Origin: Candidatus Saccharimonadota bacterium | Lineage (GTDB): Bacteria; Patescibacteriota; Saccharimonadia; CAILAD01; BJGX01 | Assembly: GCA_035329105.1 (NCBI GenBank) | Contig: DAOLHK010000002.1 | Location: 5,557-69,556, forward strand | Reading direction: 5' to 3' | Length of the DNA stretch: 64,000 nt | In this document: positions 26,706 to 36,558 of the stretch, piece by piece | How positions within the stretch are numbered: position 1 is the first letter of the stretch | Layout: each line of letters opens with the position of its first letter | Translations under genes and position numbers: made by a program | The notes under the pieces: generated by a model | The model's input: the letters and a program-made list of their open reading frames with translations, nothing else | Databases searched by the model: none | Told to the model about the DNA's origin: nothing

Positions 26706-27982
26706 GTCAGTTCCTTACCAGCTATCTTGATTTTGTCACCTCTTTCTGCACCTTTTGCGCCAAGCTCTTTAAATACACCTTTCTTCTTCAGGATGTCTTT
26801 GAGCCGCCTAACTCCGTCTGGTTGTTCTAAGTTGGTCTTGCGAGCAAATCTCTCGATGTCTTCACCAACCACCAGATAATACCCGGTCTTTTTCTCTACC
26901 TCAAAGCCTATCTCATCACCAATAGTTATGACTTTGAGTTCGTCTTTGACTATACTTGTTTGCTTGGCCGATTGTTTCTGGGCTTTTTGAAGCATCTTGT
27001 TGGTGTCTTGCATGAGTGTCTGCAAGCCCATAGTAGTAACTGATGAGATAGTATGTATCTTATCTGGTGAAACACTTATATGATTAGCTAATGTTTCACG
27101 AATAGTGTGCAATTTGGACTCTTCAACAGTCTCAGATTTGGTCAAAACTACTATAAATGGCCTGTCACTTAGATCCACGGAGTAGCTGTGCAACTCGGCT
27201 CTGATGGTTTCATAGTCTTTGACTATATCTGTAGAATTGACATCTATAAGCTGCAAAAGCACGTTGCAGCGTTCTACATGACGCAAGAAGTCTACTCCTA
27301 GACCCTTACCCTTACTAGCTCCCTCTATAAGACCTGGGATGTCAGCTATCAGAAAGCTCTCATCGTGCACATCTACTACACCTAGATTGGGCGAAAGAGT
27401 AGTAAAAGCATAGTCGGCTATATCTGGCTTGGCATTACTGACCATAGAGAGCAATGTGCTCTTACCAGCATTAGGTAGTCCTACTAGTCCTACGTCTGCT
27501 ATTAACTTGAGCTCCAAGGTGATTTCCTTGGATTCGCCATCTTCACCTAGCTCGGCCATCTTGGGAGCTTGTCTGATAGAGCTCTTGAAGTGGGCATTAC
27601 CAAATCCACCACTTCCACCGCGGGCCAGTATCTCTTCCTGGCCTTCCTCGGTAAGATCAGCAATCTGTACGCCATCTTCAGATATAACAGTACCGTTTGG
27701 CACTGTTAGCACAGTGTCTTGGCCGTTCTTACCATGACGCTGGTTGGTACCACCAGGCATACCATCTTCGGCAGTCCAAAGTCTATTGATGCGATAATTA
27801 CTGAGAGTATTGGTATTGTGACTAACTCTGAATATGATATTGCCACCGTGACCACCGTCACCACCGTCTGGGCCACCTTTGGGGTTGCCGCGACTGCTAC
27901 GAAAGCTCACTCGTCCATCGCCACCTTTACCGGCTTGTAATTTGACTGTTGCTACATCTGTAAACATCACTAGATTATACAA
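26699..27982 (-). CDS. obg: GTPase Obg
   Basis: N-terminus MFTDVATVKLQAGKGGDGRVSFR with glycine-rich Obg fold. G1 motif GLPNAGKST. C-terminal OCT-like domain. Confidence 0.9.
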   Translation of the reverse strand: MYNLVMFTDVATVKLQAGKGGDGRVSFRSSRGNPKGGPDGGDGGHGGNIIFRVSHNTNTLSNYRINRLWTAEDGMPGGTNQRHGKNGQDTVLTVPNGTVISEDGVQIADLTEEGQEEILARGGSGGFGNAHFKSSIRQAPKMAELGEDGESKEITLELKLIADVGLVGLPNAGKSTLLSMVSNAKPDIADYAFTTLSPNLGVVDVHDESFLIADIPGLIEGASKGKGLGVDFLRHVERCNVLLQLIDVNSTDIVKDYETIRAELHSYSVDLSDRPFIVVLTKSETVEESKLHTIRETLANHISVSPDKIHTISSVTTMGLQTLMQDTNKMLQKAQKQSAKQTSIVKDELKVITIGDEIGFEVEKKTGYYLVVGEDIERFARKTNLEQPDGVRRLKDILKKKGVFKELGAKGAERGDKIKIAGKELTW

Positions 27983-28058
27983 TACATAGGTGTTTTTGTC
28001 TATAATACCAAAAATCCCGGCTGTTTTAGCCGGGATTGTTTTATGTTTGTTTTACAAA

Positions 28059-29231
28059 TTAATAGATGTACATAAATGTCGAAGCAGAAGTTGTACGGTA
28101 GCTACGTCGGCCCCATCCACCGCCGCCACCCCAGTAATTCATTTCTGAGACAGTTACGGTATCGCCATTGACGCTCTCTACATAAGCTACGTGATTGCCA
28201 CGTTCCCAAGCTACAGCACCTACTCTAGGAGTTGACCCTGTACCGTATCCAGCAGCTCTGGCAGCACTTAGCCAAGTGTATGCATTACCCCAGTTACCAG
28301 GTATAGCACGTCTACTAGCCACATACCAAGTACAGTATCCGTATGCATAGGTATTGCCGATAGATCCAGCGCCCTGTAGACCCTTGATACTATAGGCAGT
28401 AGTTCCGCCTGAAGTACTTGGAGCAGTTGCAAGATTTACAGTAGGAGCTGGTACTTCTGGTGGTTTTACACCTTCAGGAATTATGATCTTTTGACCATTG
28501 AGAGGTGACTTTCCATCTAGGCCGTTGAAGCTATCTATAAGACCAGCGTTAGCATTGTAAGTCTCAGCTAGCTTAGTGATGTCATCATTACCAGTACCTG
28601 TGTAGAGTACACCAGAAATAGGAAGTATTGTAAGCTGTACGCCTGGCTTGATGCTATTCTCATCAGTAATATCGTTGGCCCACTTGATAGTATCAGTGGT
28701 GATATTGAATTTCTGAGATAGCGAGCTAAGAGTATCGCCTTCTTTTACAGTATATTGCAAGATATCACGGCTTGGAGCACCGGCAGTGATTACAGGTTGC
28801 TTTTTGGCCAAGAAGTTGTCTCCAGCAGTCGTAAGGACTGTAAGAGAGTTGATATCTCGTGCCTTTTGGCTGATATCACTACTAATCGGTGAAGCGGCGC
28901 CTTCAGAAAGAACTGCACCTGTAGTGATGAGTGTAGTTCTATCAGTTTTGCTCGAATCAGCTTTATTTGATACTAGATTTGATTGAGAATTGACTTGACC
29001 AATACTAACTGCCACGACAGCACAGGCAATCACTGAGGCATGAATAAGATATCGACCAAATAGCGACTTTGAAGATTTGCTTGATACATTAGTCTTCTTT
29101 GAGTCTTTGAATATTCGATTTTGAGATCGGGAACTTTCTATATTTTTAGAAAGCGTGTTTGTTTTGTTAAAAGTTTCTGGTTGTCCCACGCCCGAGAAAA
29201 TTTCTCGACGCACTTGAAGGGGCAAGCCCAT
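28059..29231 (-). CDS. peptidoglycan hydrolase with LysM and a C-terminal CHAP domain
   Basis: LysM: YTVKEGDTLSSLSQKFNITTDTIKWAN. CHAP: Cys in GYCTWYVA and His in GNHVAYVESV. Confidence 0.8.
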   Translation of the reverse strand: MGLPLQVRREIFSGVGQPETFNKTNTLSKNIESSRSQNRIFKDSKKTNVSSKSSKSLFGRYLIHASVIACAVVAVSIGQVNSQSNLVSNKADSSKTDRTTLITTGAVLSEGAASPISSDISQKARDINSLTVLTTAGDNFLAKKQPVITAGAPSRDILQYTVKEGDTLSSLSQKFNITTDTIKWANDITDENSIKPGVQLTILPISGVLYTGTGNDDITKLAETYNANAGLIDSFNGLDGKSPLNGQKIIIPEGVKPPEVPAPTVNLATAPSTSGGTTAYSIKGLQGAGSIGNTYAYGYCTWYVASRRAIPGNWGNAYTWLSAARAAGYGTGSTPRVGAVAWERGNHVAYVESVNGDTVTVSEMNYWGGGGGWGRRSYRTTSASTFMYIY

Positions 29232-29520
29232 AATCTTTTTACTAATACAGTTCTCCCTCCGTCATATGACGGACATCTACGGCTTATCTGTCTCTCGATA
29301 TAAATATCGAGACAAGGAACTTCGACCTGAAGTTATTATTAATATTCCCTAATCTGATAAGTTTGTCGTAGGAACTCTTACTTAAATAAATTTCAATTTA
29401 CCAGGTCAAAAACAGCCTGATTGGTATTTATTAAAGTAAGTGTACGCCCCATATAGTAGCACGTGGAAAAATCGTGGTCAAGGAGGTAATTTTGCTTATA
29501 TACAGGTAAAATATAGTGTT

Positions 29521-30585
29521 TTACAGGTGATTTTTGATATTTTCGTTATGTTCTTGTAGTGTATTTGCGTAATATACCTTACCATCGTTACCGGCCAGGA
29601 AGAATAAATATTCTGAATCTGTAGGCTCTAAAGTAGCCTTGATAGCATCCGTACTAGGATTGTTAATAGGGGTAGGAGGAAGACCTTTGTAAAAATATGA
29701 ATTGTAAGCAGTATCTATCTTTAAATCTTCTGCTAAAGTCTTAGCTCTACCTGTAATGTAATTGACCGTAACATCACTCTCTAACTTCATCCCCACTGCA
29801 AGGCGGTTGAGAAATACTCCTGCTACCAACTTTCGATCGGTAACCGTAAGTGCCTCTTTTTCTACAATAGAAGCAAGGGTGAGAGTTTCATACTGATCCA
29901 ATCCTCCTGGAAGATTTCCCTCCAACAATGGTAAAGCATTGTCCCTATATGCCTCATACTGTTTTCGCACCAACACTTCAGCGGGGCTATTTACAGGAAA
30001 GACATAGGTGGCAGGAAAAAGGAATCCTTCCGGATTACCAAGAGCCTGTACAGGTATAAAATCAAATTCAGGGGCTACGGCTTTGACAGCATCTTGATAC
30101 TGCTGTTTTGTGCCGTATCCAGCAGCTTGATAGCGCTTGGCCATATCCTCTATAGTAATGCCTTCTGGATATGTTATTTTATTGATTGCAGTCTTGCCGG
30201 CAGCCATCGAATCCACTATTTGCTTAATGCTGCTGGTTGGTTTTATCAGGTAAGGTCCGGGCTTGAGTTGGCCTCTCGCGGGACCTAACCTAGCATAGAG
30301 TACAAACACAAGTTTATTGGATATCAGATTTTTCTCGGAAAGATTATTGGCTATGGAGTCTATACCGCTGTTGGGCTCAACAACCACTACCTGGCCATCT
30401 ACTGATATATCTGATCTTATAGAACTAAGCCCCATCAAGAACCATAGCATTGATGAAAGAATCACTATTAATAACACTAGTCCTGCCACACCTGTGATCT
30501 TCAACCATAGTTTGGACTTGTGTGCCTTGGGTTCAATCTCAGGTGCTTCTTCGTTGGATGGTGTTTTGTTAGTACTGGGATTCAT
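29521..30585 (-). CDS. mltG: endolytic murein transglycosylase MltG (YceG family)
   Basis: N-terminal TM segment and the EGFLFPATYVF signature. Confidence 0.8.
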   Translation of the reverse strand: MNPSTNKTPSNEEAPEIEPKAHKSKLWLKITGVAGLVLLIVILSSMLWFLMGLSSIRSDISVDGQVVVVEPNSGIDSIANNLSEKNLISNKLVFVLYARLGPARGQLKPGPYLIKPTSSIKQIVDSMAAGKTAINKITYPEGITIEDMAKRYQAAGYGTKQQYQDAVKAVAPEFDFIPVQALGNPEGFLFPATYVFPVNSPAEVLVRKQYEAYRDNALPLLEGNLPGGLDQYETLTLASIVEKEALTVTDRKLVAGVFLNRLAVGMKLESDVTVNYITGRAKTLAEDLKIDTAYNSYFYKGLPPTPINNPSTDAIKATLEPTDSEYLFFLAGNDGKVYYANTLQEHNENIKNHL

Positions 30586-30968
30586 TTGAGATAATCCTCC
30601 AGTATAATTTGAGCCGATATCTGGTCGAGCATTTTTTTCCTAGTAGCGATTGGTGTATTCTGGCCTATTCTTTGAAGTGCTCTTTCAGAGCTTAGAGCCT
30701 CATCTTGATATTTTACAGGTAATCCAGAAGTCCTAGCCAGATTCTCCCCAAATTGCCTAGCGAGCTTGGTCTGAGCAGTGTCTTCACCTTCTAGATTGCG
30801 CGGAATACCTACTACAAGCTCTGCGGGATGATATTTTTCAATAAGATTGTTGATATTTGATTCTAATGCATCAGCATCAAGTGTGGCCAGTGGCTCAGCA
30901 ATGTTGTCTTTAGCGATTGCTACACCTGTTCTTTTCAAACCAAAATCAAACCCCAAAATAACGGTCAT
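30582..30968 (-). CDS. ruvX: YqgF/RuvX putative pre-16S rRNA nuclease (Holliday junction resolvase-like)
   Basis: MTVILGFDFGLKRTGVAIA. Confidence 0.85.
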   Translation of the reverse strand: MTVILGFDFGLKRTGVAIAKDNIAEPLATLDADALESNINNLIEKYHPAELVVGIPRNLEGEDTAQTKLARQFGENLARTSGLPVKYQDEALSSERALQRIGQNTPIATRKKMLDQISAQIILEDYLK

Positions 30969-32635
30969 TATTCGGTTTTTACCTTTATCTCTACTTTGAT
31001 GCGATTGGCAAAAAATGGTAAGTAAGGCATAAGGGCTGGATTGGATTCTACTTGTACTGATTCTACTTGTGGATTATTGGGCTGTATGACATCAGCTGCA
31101 CTTTTCTTACTTTTGCCGGCTACTTCTTTGCTAACTGTTTCGGTGTCGATAATCTTTCCATAAAAAGCATTGCCTACAGCCTGCATCTGAGCACTTGCTC
31201 CAGTCAATTTTGCAACAGTATAGATGGCGTCTGAAGAGCCAGTCTGATAAAGCTGATTGTTGGCAGGAACTTGAGTCTTGAGCTGTATCTCAAATACTTT
31301 ATCGATATCACTCTTTGCAGCTGCTAGCTCGCTATATTTGACTCTAGCACTCACTGTCCCACCAGCACTCTCGCTACCCTCAGGTGAAGTAGCGTTGATA
31401 TTGCTGATCTCGGTAGAAAAGGTATCTGCAAACACTTTCTGATCATCATTACCTTTCTTGGACAATTCTTGCTTGGCTCCTTCGGTAGCATTTGCTATCA
31501 TGTCGGCTTTAGCCTTATCTATGTCTGCCTGAGTCACTACTGTTACTACCTTGCTACTACCGCCCGTGGTCGATCCGCTACCTGTAACTTTTGAGTCATA
31601 ACCGGCGATACTAAAAGTACCGCTACTAATATTGAAGCTATCGCCATTTGCAGCAGCGGTGATGCTTCCGCTGGCAGTGCCTGCTTTTGTACAGCTACCT
31701 CCACTAAACTTAGCTCCTGGTATAGCTACGCTAGAATTGAGGCTAAATTTTTGACCAGATGAGGCAAGAACTGTACCGGCGGGTATAGTAAAGTCATCTG
31801 AATTGGAGCAATTACTAATGGTAATAGTGCCGCTGGCTTTGGTGCCGACATCTTTTTTGCCACTGGCATTGTACTGAGCACTTAAGTCTTTGGTAGTAGA
31901 AATCTGATCAGCCGCAACTATTGCTGCTTCGGGATCTGATTTCTTGGTGCCCGAGTCAAGCGTGAACTGTACATTGATAGGTGTCTTTTGAGCTTTGGCA
32001 TTTAATATCACCTTAGCAGTCGGCAAGAATATATAGGCCAATGCAAGCATTATGAATCCCGCAAGTATCGCTACAAATATAGCAATCTTCTTATTGAGAC
32101 CCATGAAATTGGGTACTTTGGGTTCGTTGGGGTTTCTCTGGCTTTTGTTGACTTCTTCTCTCTTGGAGGCTTTTGACTTTTTGTTGGTATCCTTGAGTGA
32201 TATGTGCTTTTTCTCAAAGCTACCACTGTTTTTAGAACCTGAGCTATCTCGAGATCCTGCTTTGGAATTTTCTGGACTATAATCATCAAAATCTGATTGA
32301 TCAATTACTACTGGCTCGTTTCTGCCCTCTATTGGTAGGTTGCTAGCTTGTGGCACGGACGATTCGGCTTTGACGTTTTTGGCGATAAGTATTCCTAGAC
32401 CACCCGCCATACTTACCGTAGCTTTGTCACCGCTAACTATTACCAGCTTCTTATGCGCTGAGGTAGCTGTTTTTTTGAGTAACTTCAAATTGATAGCACT
32501 CTGAAGCATTGTGCTTCGAGCGGGTACTGCTATACGTACCTCATCAGAGCTACTGGCTTTGAGCTTGTCTATAGCTTCAGTTATCTCTGAATCTGATTCT
32601 AGATATATTACATCTGGGTTGGGATTTTCAGGCAT
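30968..32635 (-). CDS. hypothetical bitopic membrane protein (cytoplasmic N-terminal domain, one TM segment, Ser/Thr/Gly-rich ectodomain)
   Basis: 555 aa. TM segment IAIFVAILAGFIMLALAYIF. Lies immediately downstream of the ftsA-like gene. Confidence 0.5.
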   Translation of the reverse strand: MPENPNPDVIYLESDSEITEAIDKLKASSSDEVRIAVPARSTMLQSAINLKLLKKTATSAHKKLVIVSGDKATVSMAGGLGILIAKNVKAESSVPQASNLPIEGRNEPVVIDQSDFDDYSPENSKAGSRDSSGSKNSGSFEKKHISLKDTNKKSKASKREEVNKSQRNPNEPKVPNFMGLNKKIAIFVAILAGFIMLALAYIFLPTAKVILNAKAQKTPINVQFTLDSGTKKSDPEAAIVAADQISTTKDLSAQYNASGKKDVGTKASGTITISNCSNSDDFTIPAGTVLASSGQKFSLNSSVAIPGAKFSGGSCTKAGTASGSITAAANGDSFNISSGTFSIAGYDSKVTGSGSTTGGSSKVVTVVTQADIDKAKADMIANATEGAKQELSKKGNDDQKVFADTFSTEISNINATSPEGSESAGGTVSARVKYSELAAAKSDIDKVFEIQLKTQVPANNQLYQTGSSDAIYTVAKLTGASAQMQAVGNAFYGKIIDTETVSKEVAGKSKKSAADVIQPNNPQVESVQVESNPALMPYLPFFANRIKVEIKVKTE

Positions 32636-32743
32636 AGTTGTTATATATTATAGCGCAATCTTGCTATGCTTGCAGTATTGTACTGCATCTAATAACCATC
32701 ATGAGCATTTTGTTGTGACCAAATAATTACGTTTCCAGCAGCA

Positions 32744-34024
32744 TCATAGAGATAGCGTGCGACTGAGCCGTTGAAGCATATTTTCGCCCGCACTTTGTGA
32801 ACCAATTATATCAAGTCCTAGATTGGCAAGACCCATAGGAGTAATGTCTTGAGGACTATTGAGCTGATTGGTCTTATCTATTACTCTATTGACTTCGGTA
32901 GGCTTTACAAAGTCAATTGTGGGTTTGCGAGTAAAAGGCAGATTTTTGTACCAGTCAGTATTGGACAGAGCATGTTTTATTTCCGGCAATGCAGATCCGC
33001 CACCACAGAGCAATATTCTATTGGGCAAGTGTTCTATACCTTCAAATTCTCCTAGTCCTAGCTCTACACCTGATATCCATGTCTCTATATCACTCTTAAG
33101 TGCATCGGAAACAGCTTTGTCGTCTTCAGCACTCAGCTTGCCAGCCGAATGATCTAACTTCATCTCTTCAGCCTGATCAAAATTGACTCCAAGTGATGTA
33201 CTTATACGCTTCGTAAAACTCCGGCCACCTATAGCAAACATCTGAGTACCTTCGACACCACCATTATTTACTACTGCTATATCGGATGTACCGCCACCAA
33301 TATCTATAAATACAGCCGAAAACTCAGTACTATCATCGGCACCGACACTCTTGGCTACAGCAAAAGGTTCAGCAGCGATATTAATCAGATTGAGATCAAG
33401 ATCAGCAGCCACAGTCTGCAATGCTCCCAAATGAACCATCGGTGCAAAAGCATTGAATATCTGGATAGTCACATCTCTGCCTTGGAATCCAATAGGATTG
33501 GTCACTCTATACCCATCAATATGTACATCTACGACTGCCGCGTTGACAAGTTTGACCTCTAGCTCTTGCTTGCCTGTCTCCCAGCTGAGCTGCTTCTTGA
33601 CATTATCAAATGCTTGTTTTTGGATGCGTTTGATGATGTCCATCAACTCAGCTTGATCAATCTTGACGTCTGGTCTGGCTCTACGATAGCTCACACTGGT
33701 AGTACCACCTTTGACTAGCTCGCCGGCGATACCAATGACTGAATCTTTTGCTACTACTTCAGCCATTTCCTCGGCGCGGCGCAGGGCCGCATCGCAGTTC
33801 TCTACTACACCAGCAATATCCGTGACTGCTCCTCCAGCCATGTCGGTCAGTCTTTGGCGCTGTCTTCCTACGCCAATAATCTCAATGACTTGGTTCTGTT
33901 TACCAGCGGAGTCGGTATGATTTACTACCTTACCAATAAGTGCTTTGGCGTACTCTGTACCAATATCTAGGGATACTAGGTATTGGCCGGTTTTTTTCTT
34001 CTTTGTAAATCCAGGAATTTTCAT
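32744..34024 (-). CDS. ftsA: actin-like ATPase of the FtsA/PilM family (probable cell-division protein FtsA)
   Basis: Phosphate-1 motif LVSLDIGTEYAKALIG, the FIDIGGGTSDIAV motif, and the C-terminal ILLCGGGSALP motif. Confidence 0.7.
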   Translation of the reverse strand: MKIPGFTKKKKTGQYLVSLDIGTEYAKALIGKVVNHTDSAGKQNQVIEIIGVGRQRQRLTDMAGGAVTDIAGVVENCDAALRRAEEMAEVVAKDSVIGIAGELVKGGTTSVSYRRARPDVKIDQAELMDIIKRIQKQAFDNVKKQLSWETGKQELEVKLVNAAVVDVHIDGYRVTNPIGFQGRDVTIQIFNAFAPMVHLGALQTVAADLDLNLINIAAEPFAVAKSVGADDSTEFSAVFIDIGGGTSDIAVVNNGGVEGTQMFAIGGRSFTKRISTSLGVNFDQAEEMKLDHSAGKLSAEDDKAVSDALKSDIETWISGVELGLGEFEGIEHLPNRILLCGGGSALPEIKHALSNTDWYKNLPFTRKPTIDFVKPTEVNRVIDKTNQLNSPQDITPMGLANLGLDIIGSQSAGENMLQRLSRTLSL

Positions 34025-34144
34025 ATTATTTTACTTATGATTATTATAGCAAAATTTTTGCGTCAGAGTCTTGTAGCTGGGTAGATATTGGGATATTATA
34101 GTCGCAATTCGTATCTGTTATCGAGAGATCCAGGGGATGACAAC

Positions 34145-34834
34145 ATGAGCATCATCGATGGAATTGCTACAGCACCACGAACGTTCTTTCAAGAAATAGC
34201 TAAACCTGTAGTGCATCGCTACAAGCGAGAAGATACATCGGAATATACTTGGTATGAGCGTAACCTAGCGAATGCATTCACTGTCTTTCGTATAGTCTTT
34301 GGGTTTATTGTAAGTATTGCGCTTTATACGGCATACGATAGTCCATGGCGAGGCTTCTGGTTCTTCATGACCGGAATAGTCATGATGAGCGATGGAGTAG
34401 ATGGTGAAGTTGCTCGTAAAATGGGTATAGAAAGTACGGTCGGTAAAGCGCTTGACCCAATTGCCGACAAGTTGCTATTGCTAGGACTCACAGTAAGTCT
34501 TATCTGTAACTTTTCTCAAGAATTTGGCTACTTTCCCGAATGGTTCTTTGTGGCTGCGATGGGTACGCTCTTCTTTGAGCTAAGTGTCCTGATCTCTGGA
34601 GCGCAAGTTGGTGCGAGATCTCGAGCACTCAATATCACTCCAATCGGCTCAAATGCCTATGGCAAGATCAAGTTTGGTATTCAATGCCTGGCTATGATCC
34701 TGGGTTGGACCATCCCAAATAGAGAAGTGGCTTGTGTAGCCGTTACCTTGCTACTTTTCTTGGCCATGCCATTCTCATTGCTCAGCAACCGCGGCTATAG
34801 GCAAGAGTTACGACGAATCCAAAGAATCCATTGA
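34145..34834 (+). CDS. CDP-alcohol phosphatidyltransferase (PgsA-like)
   Basis: Motif DGVDGEVARKMGIESTVGKALDPIADK. Start taken at the ATG at 34145, which has an AGGGGA RBS; the track start at 34088 is a TTG. Confidence 0.7.
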   Translation: MSIIDGIATAPRTFFQEIAKPVVHRYKREDTSEYTWYERNLANAFTVFRIVFGFIVSIALYTAYDSPWRGFWFFMTGIVMMSDGVDGEVARKMGIESTVGKALDPIADKLLLLGLTVSLICNFSQEFGYFPEWFFVAAMGTLFFELSVLISGAQVGARSRALNITPIGSNAYGKIKFGIQCLAMILGWTIPNREVACVAVTLLLFLAMPFSLLSNRGYRQELRRIQRIH

Positions 34835-35041
34835 ATGAAGGTCTGAAAGCCTTCAATCCCGAACCTCTGAAAGGAGGTTTTTTTATTAATTATTGTGTGT
34901 CAGTATATTTTGACAATTTTTCGCGAAAGTTTTCCACAGGCTGTTGTCAACTATTACTGACAAACTACAAACTACATATTCTTAACATGCACAAACGCAG
35001 TGGGTTTAAACCTTTAAAATACTTATGGTATAATTGCATTA

Positions 35042-36544
35042 ATGACAATTAAGCAGATTATCCCCTACCAAATACTTGATTCGCGTGGCGAGCCTACCCT
35101 AATGATCATAATGATCTCTGACAGCGGCAAGAAGGCTAAATTCGCTGTACCCTCTGGATCTAGCTTTGGCAATGATGAGGCGCATGAAAAAAGAGATGGA
35201 CAAGGTCCATTTGATGGTAAAGGAGTACTAGGTTGCATAGAAAGCATCAACAATACCATAGCACCCAAGTTCATAGGCTATCCCCTAGACCAACAAGAAG
35301 ACTTTGACGAGCTTCTAGTGGCCTTGGATGGTTCTGAGAAAAAAGACAATCTTGGTGCCAACACACTACTTGCTTTATCTGGAGCATATCTGAAACTTTC
35401 TGCAATCGAAAAAGAACAACCATTGTGGCAGTACATAGCTGAACACAACAATACTAGCCCAGAATTTCCACAATTGTTTGCTAGTATCATAGGTGGCGGA
35501 ACGCATGCACCTGGATTAGATATACAAGAATTTATGATAGTACCCCAAAGCACATCACCAAGTGCTGCAACTCAACTAATCTATGAGGTATATCACAAGG
35601 TTCGCACCATCATGGAAAGCCTGTATGGCCCATCAGCTCAGCTCGTCGGAGACGAGGGCGGCCTAGCTCCGGTTGGTACCAACACCGAAGTAATACTTGA
35701 AGCCTTATCGCAGCTTAATAGCAAGATGAGTGTCAAATACGAAATAGCACTTGATGCATCGGCCAACAATCTGTACAAAGACGGATTGTACAGCATGGAG
35801 TCACAAAAGCTACATTCATCTGACTTATTCAAGCTTTATCAAGACTGGGACAACAAATTTAATCTTTATTCTATAGAAGATCCATTTGCAGAAAATGACC
35901 TTGAGGGAAAAGAAATTATTAAAGGTATGGCCGGCAAGCCCAAGCCATTCCTAGTGCTATCTGATGACTTTACAGTTACCAATAAATCTAAGATAGAAAG
36001 TATACAGCAAGATATGGTGTTTGATGGAATCGTCATAAAACCCAACCAAGTAGGTACATTTACTGAGACATTCCAGGCAATCCGAGCGGCTAGAGATAGT
36101 AAGGCCAAGGTCATCATAAGTCAACGTATCGGTGAAACTACCGACTCATTACTGGCAGATCTAGCTTATGGAATTGGTGCTATGGGTATCAAGATAGGAG
36201 CACCCGCTAGAGGCGAGAGAATCGCCAAATACAATCGATTGCTAGAGATAGAAGCAGATCTTGATACCAATCAGAAATTAGCCGGCCGGGACAATAACGT
36301 TATCCCGCCTTCTTCCACAGAACGAGGTGGAGCTAGTCCAGTCCAGCAAGACAATATGGCGCAGAATACTCCCAATCAAACTGCCGACAAAGTACCAGCA
36401 GCTACTACAGCTACCAATAGTTTTCAACAGCCAGCTTCACCATTATCGCAAACCTCCACTTCTACACCACCCTCTGTAGTACCGAGCAGCAATCAGATTC
36501 CTAACAACACACCCCCTGCAACTCCACCTAAATTGACTTTATAA
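35042..36544 (+). CDS. eno: enolase with a roughly 90-aa Pro/Thr/Ser/Gln-rich C-terminal tail
   Basis: N-terminus ILDSRGEPTL. Motifs SIEDPFAEND, SDDFTVTN, IKPNQVGTFTE, and SQRIGETTDS (in place of the canonical SHRSGETED). Confidence 0.85.
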   Translation: MTIKQIIPYQILDSRGEPTLMIIMISDSGKKAKFAVPSGSSFGNDEAHEKRDGQGPFDGKGVLGCIESINNTIAPKFIGYPLDQQEDFDELLVALDGSEKKDNLGANTLLALSGAYLKLSAIEKEQPLWQYIAEHNNTSPEFPQLFASIIGGGTHAPGLDIQEFMIVPQSTSPSAATQLIYEVYHKVRTIMESLYGPSAQLVGDEGGLAPVGTNTEVILEALSQLNSKMSVKYEIALDASANNLYKDGLYSMESQKLHSSDLFKLYQDWDNKFNLYSIEDPFAENDLEGKEIIKGMAGKPKPFLVLSDDFTVTNKSKIESIQQDMVFDGIVIKPNQVGTFTETFQAIRAARDSKAKVIISQRIGETTDSLLADLAYGIGAMGIKIGAPARGERIAKYNRLLEIEADLDTNQKLAGRDNNVIPPSSTERGGASPVQQDNMAQNTPNQTADKVPAATTATNSFQQPASPLSQTSTSTPPSVVPSSNQIPNNTPPATPPKLTL

Positions 36545-36558
36545 TATCTTTATCCAGT

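Noticed and set aside
34831-35052. A 73-aa ORF between the CDP-alcohol phosphatidyltransferase and enolase
   Set aside because: No RBS. It sits in the eno promoter and leader region. Its composition is typical of a spurious intergenic ORF.
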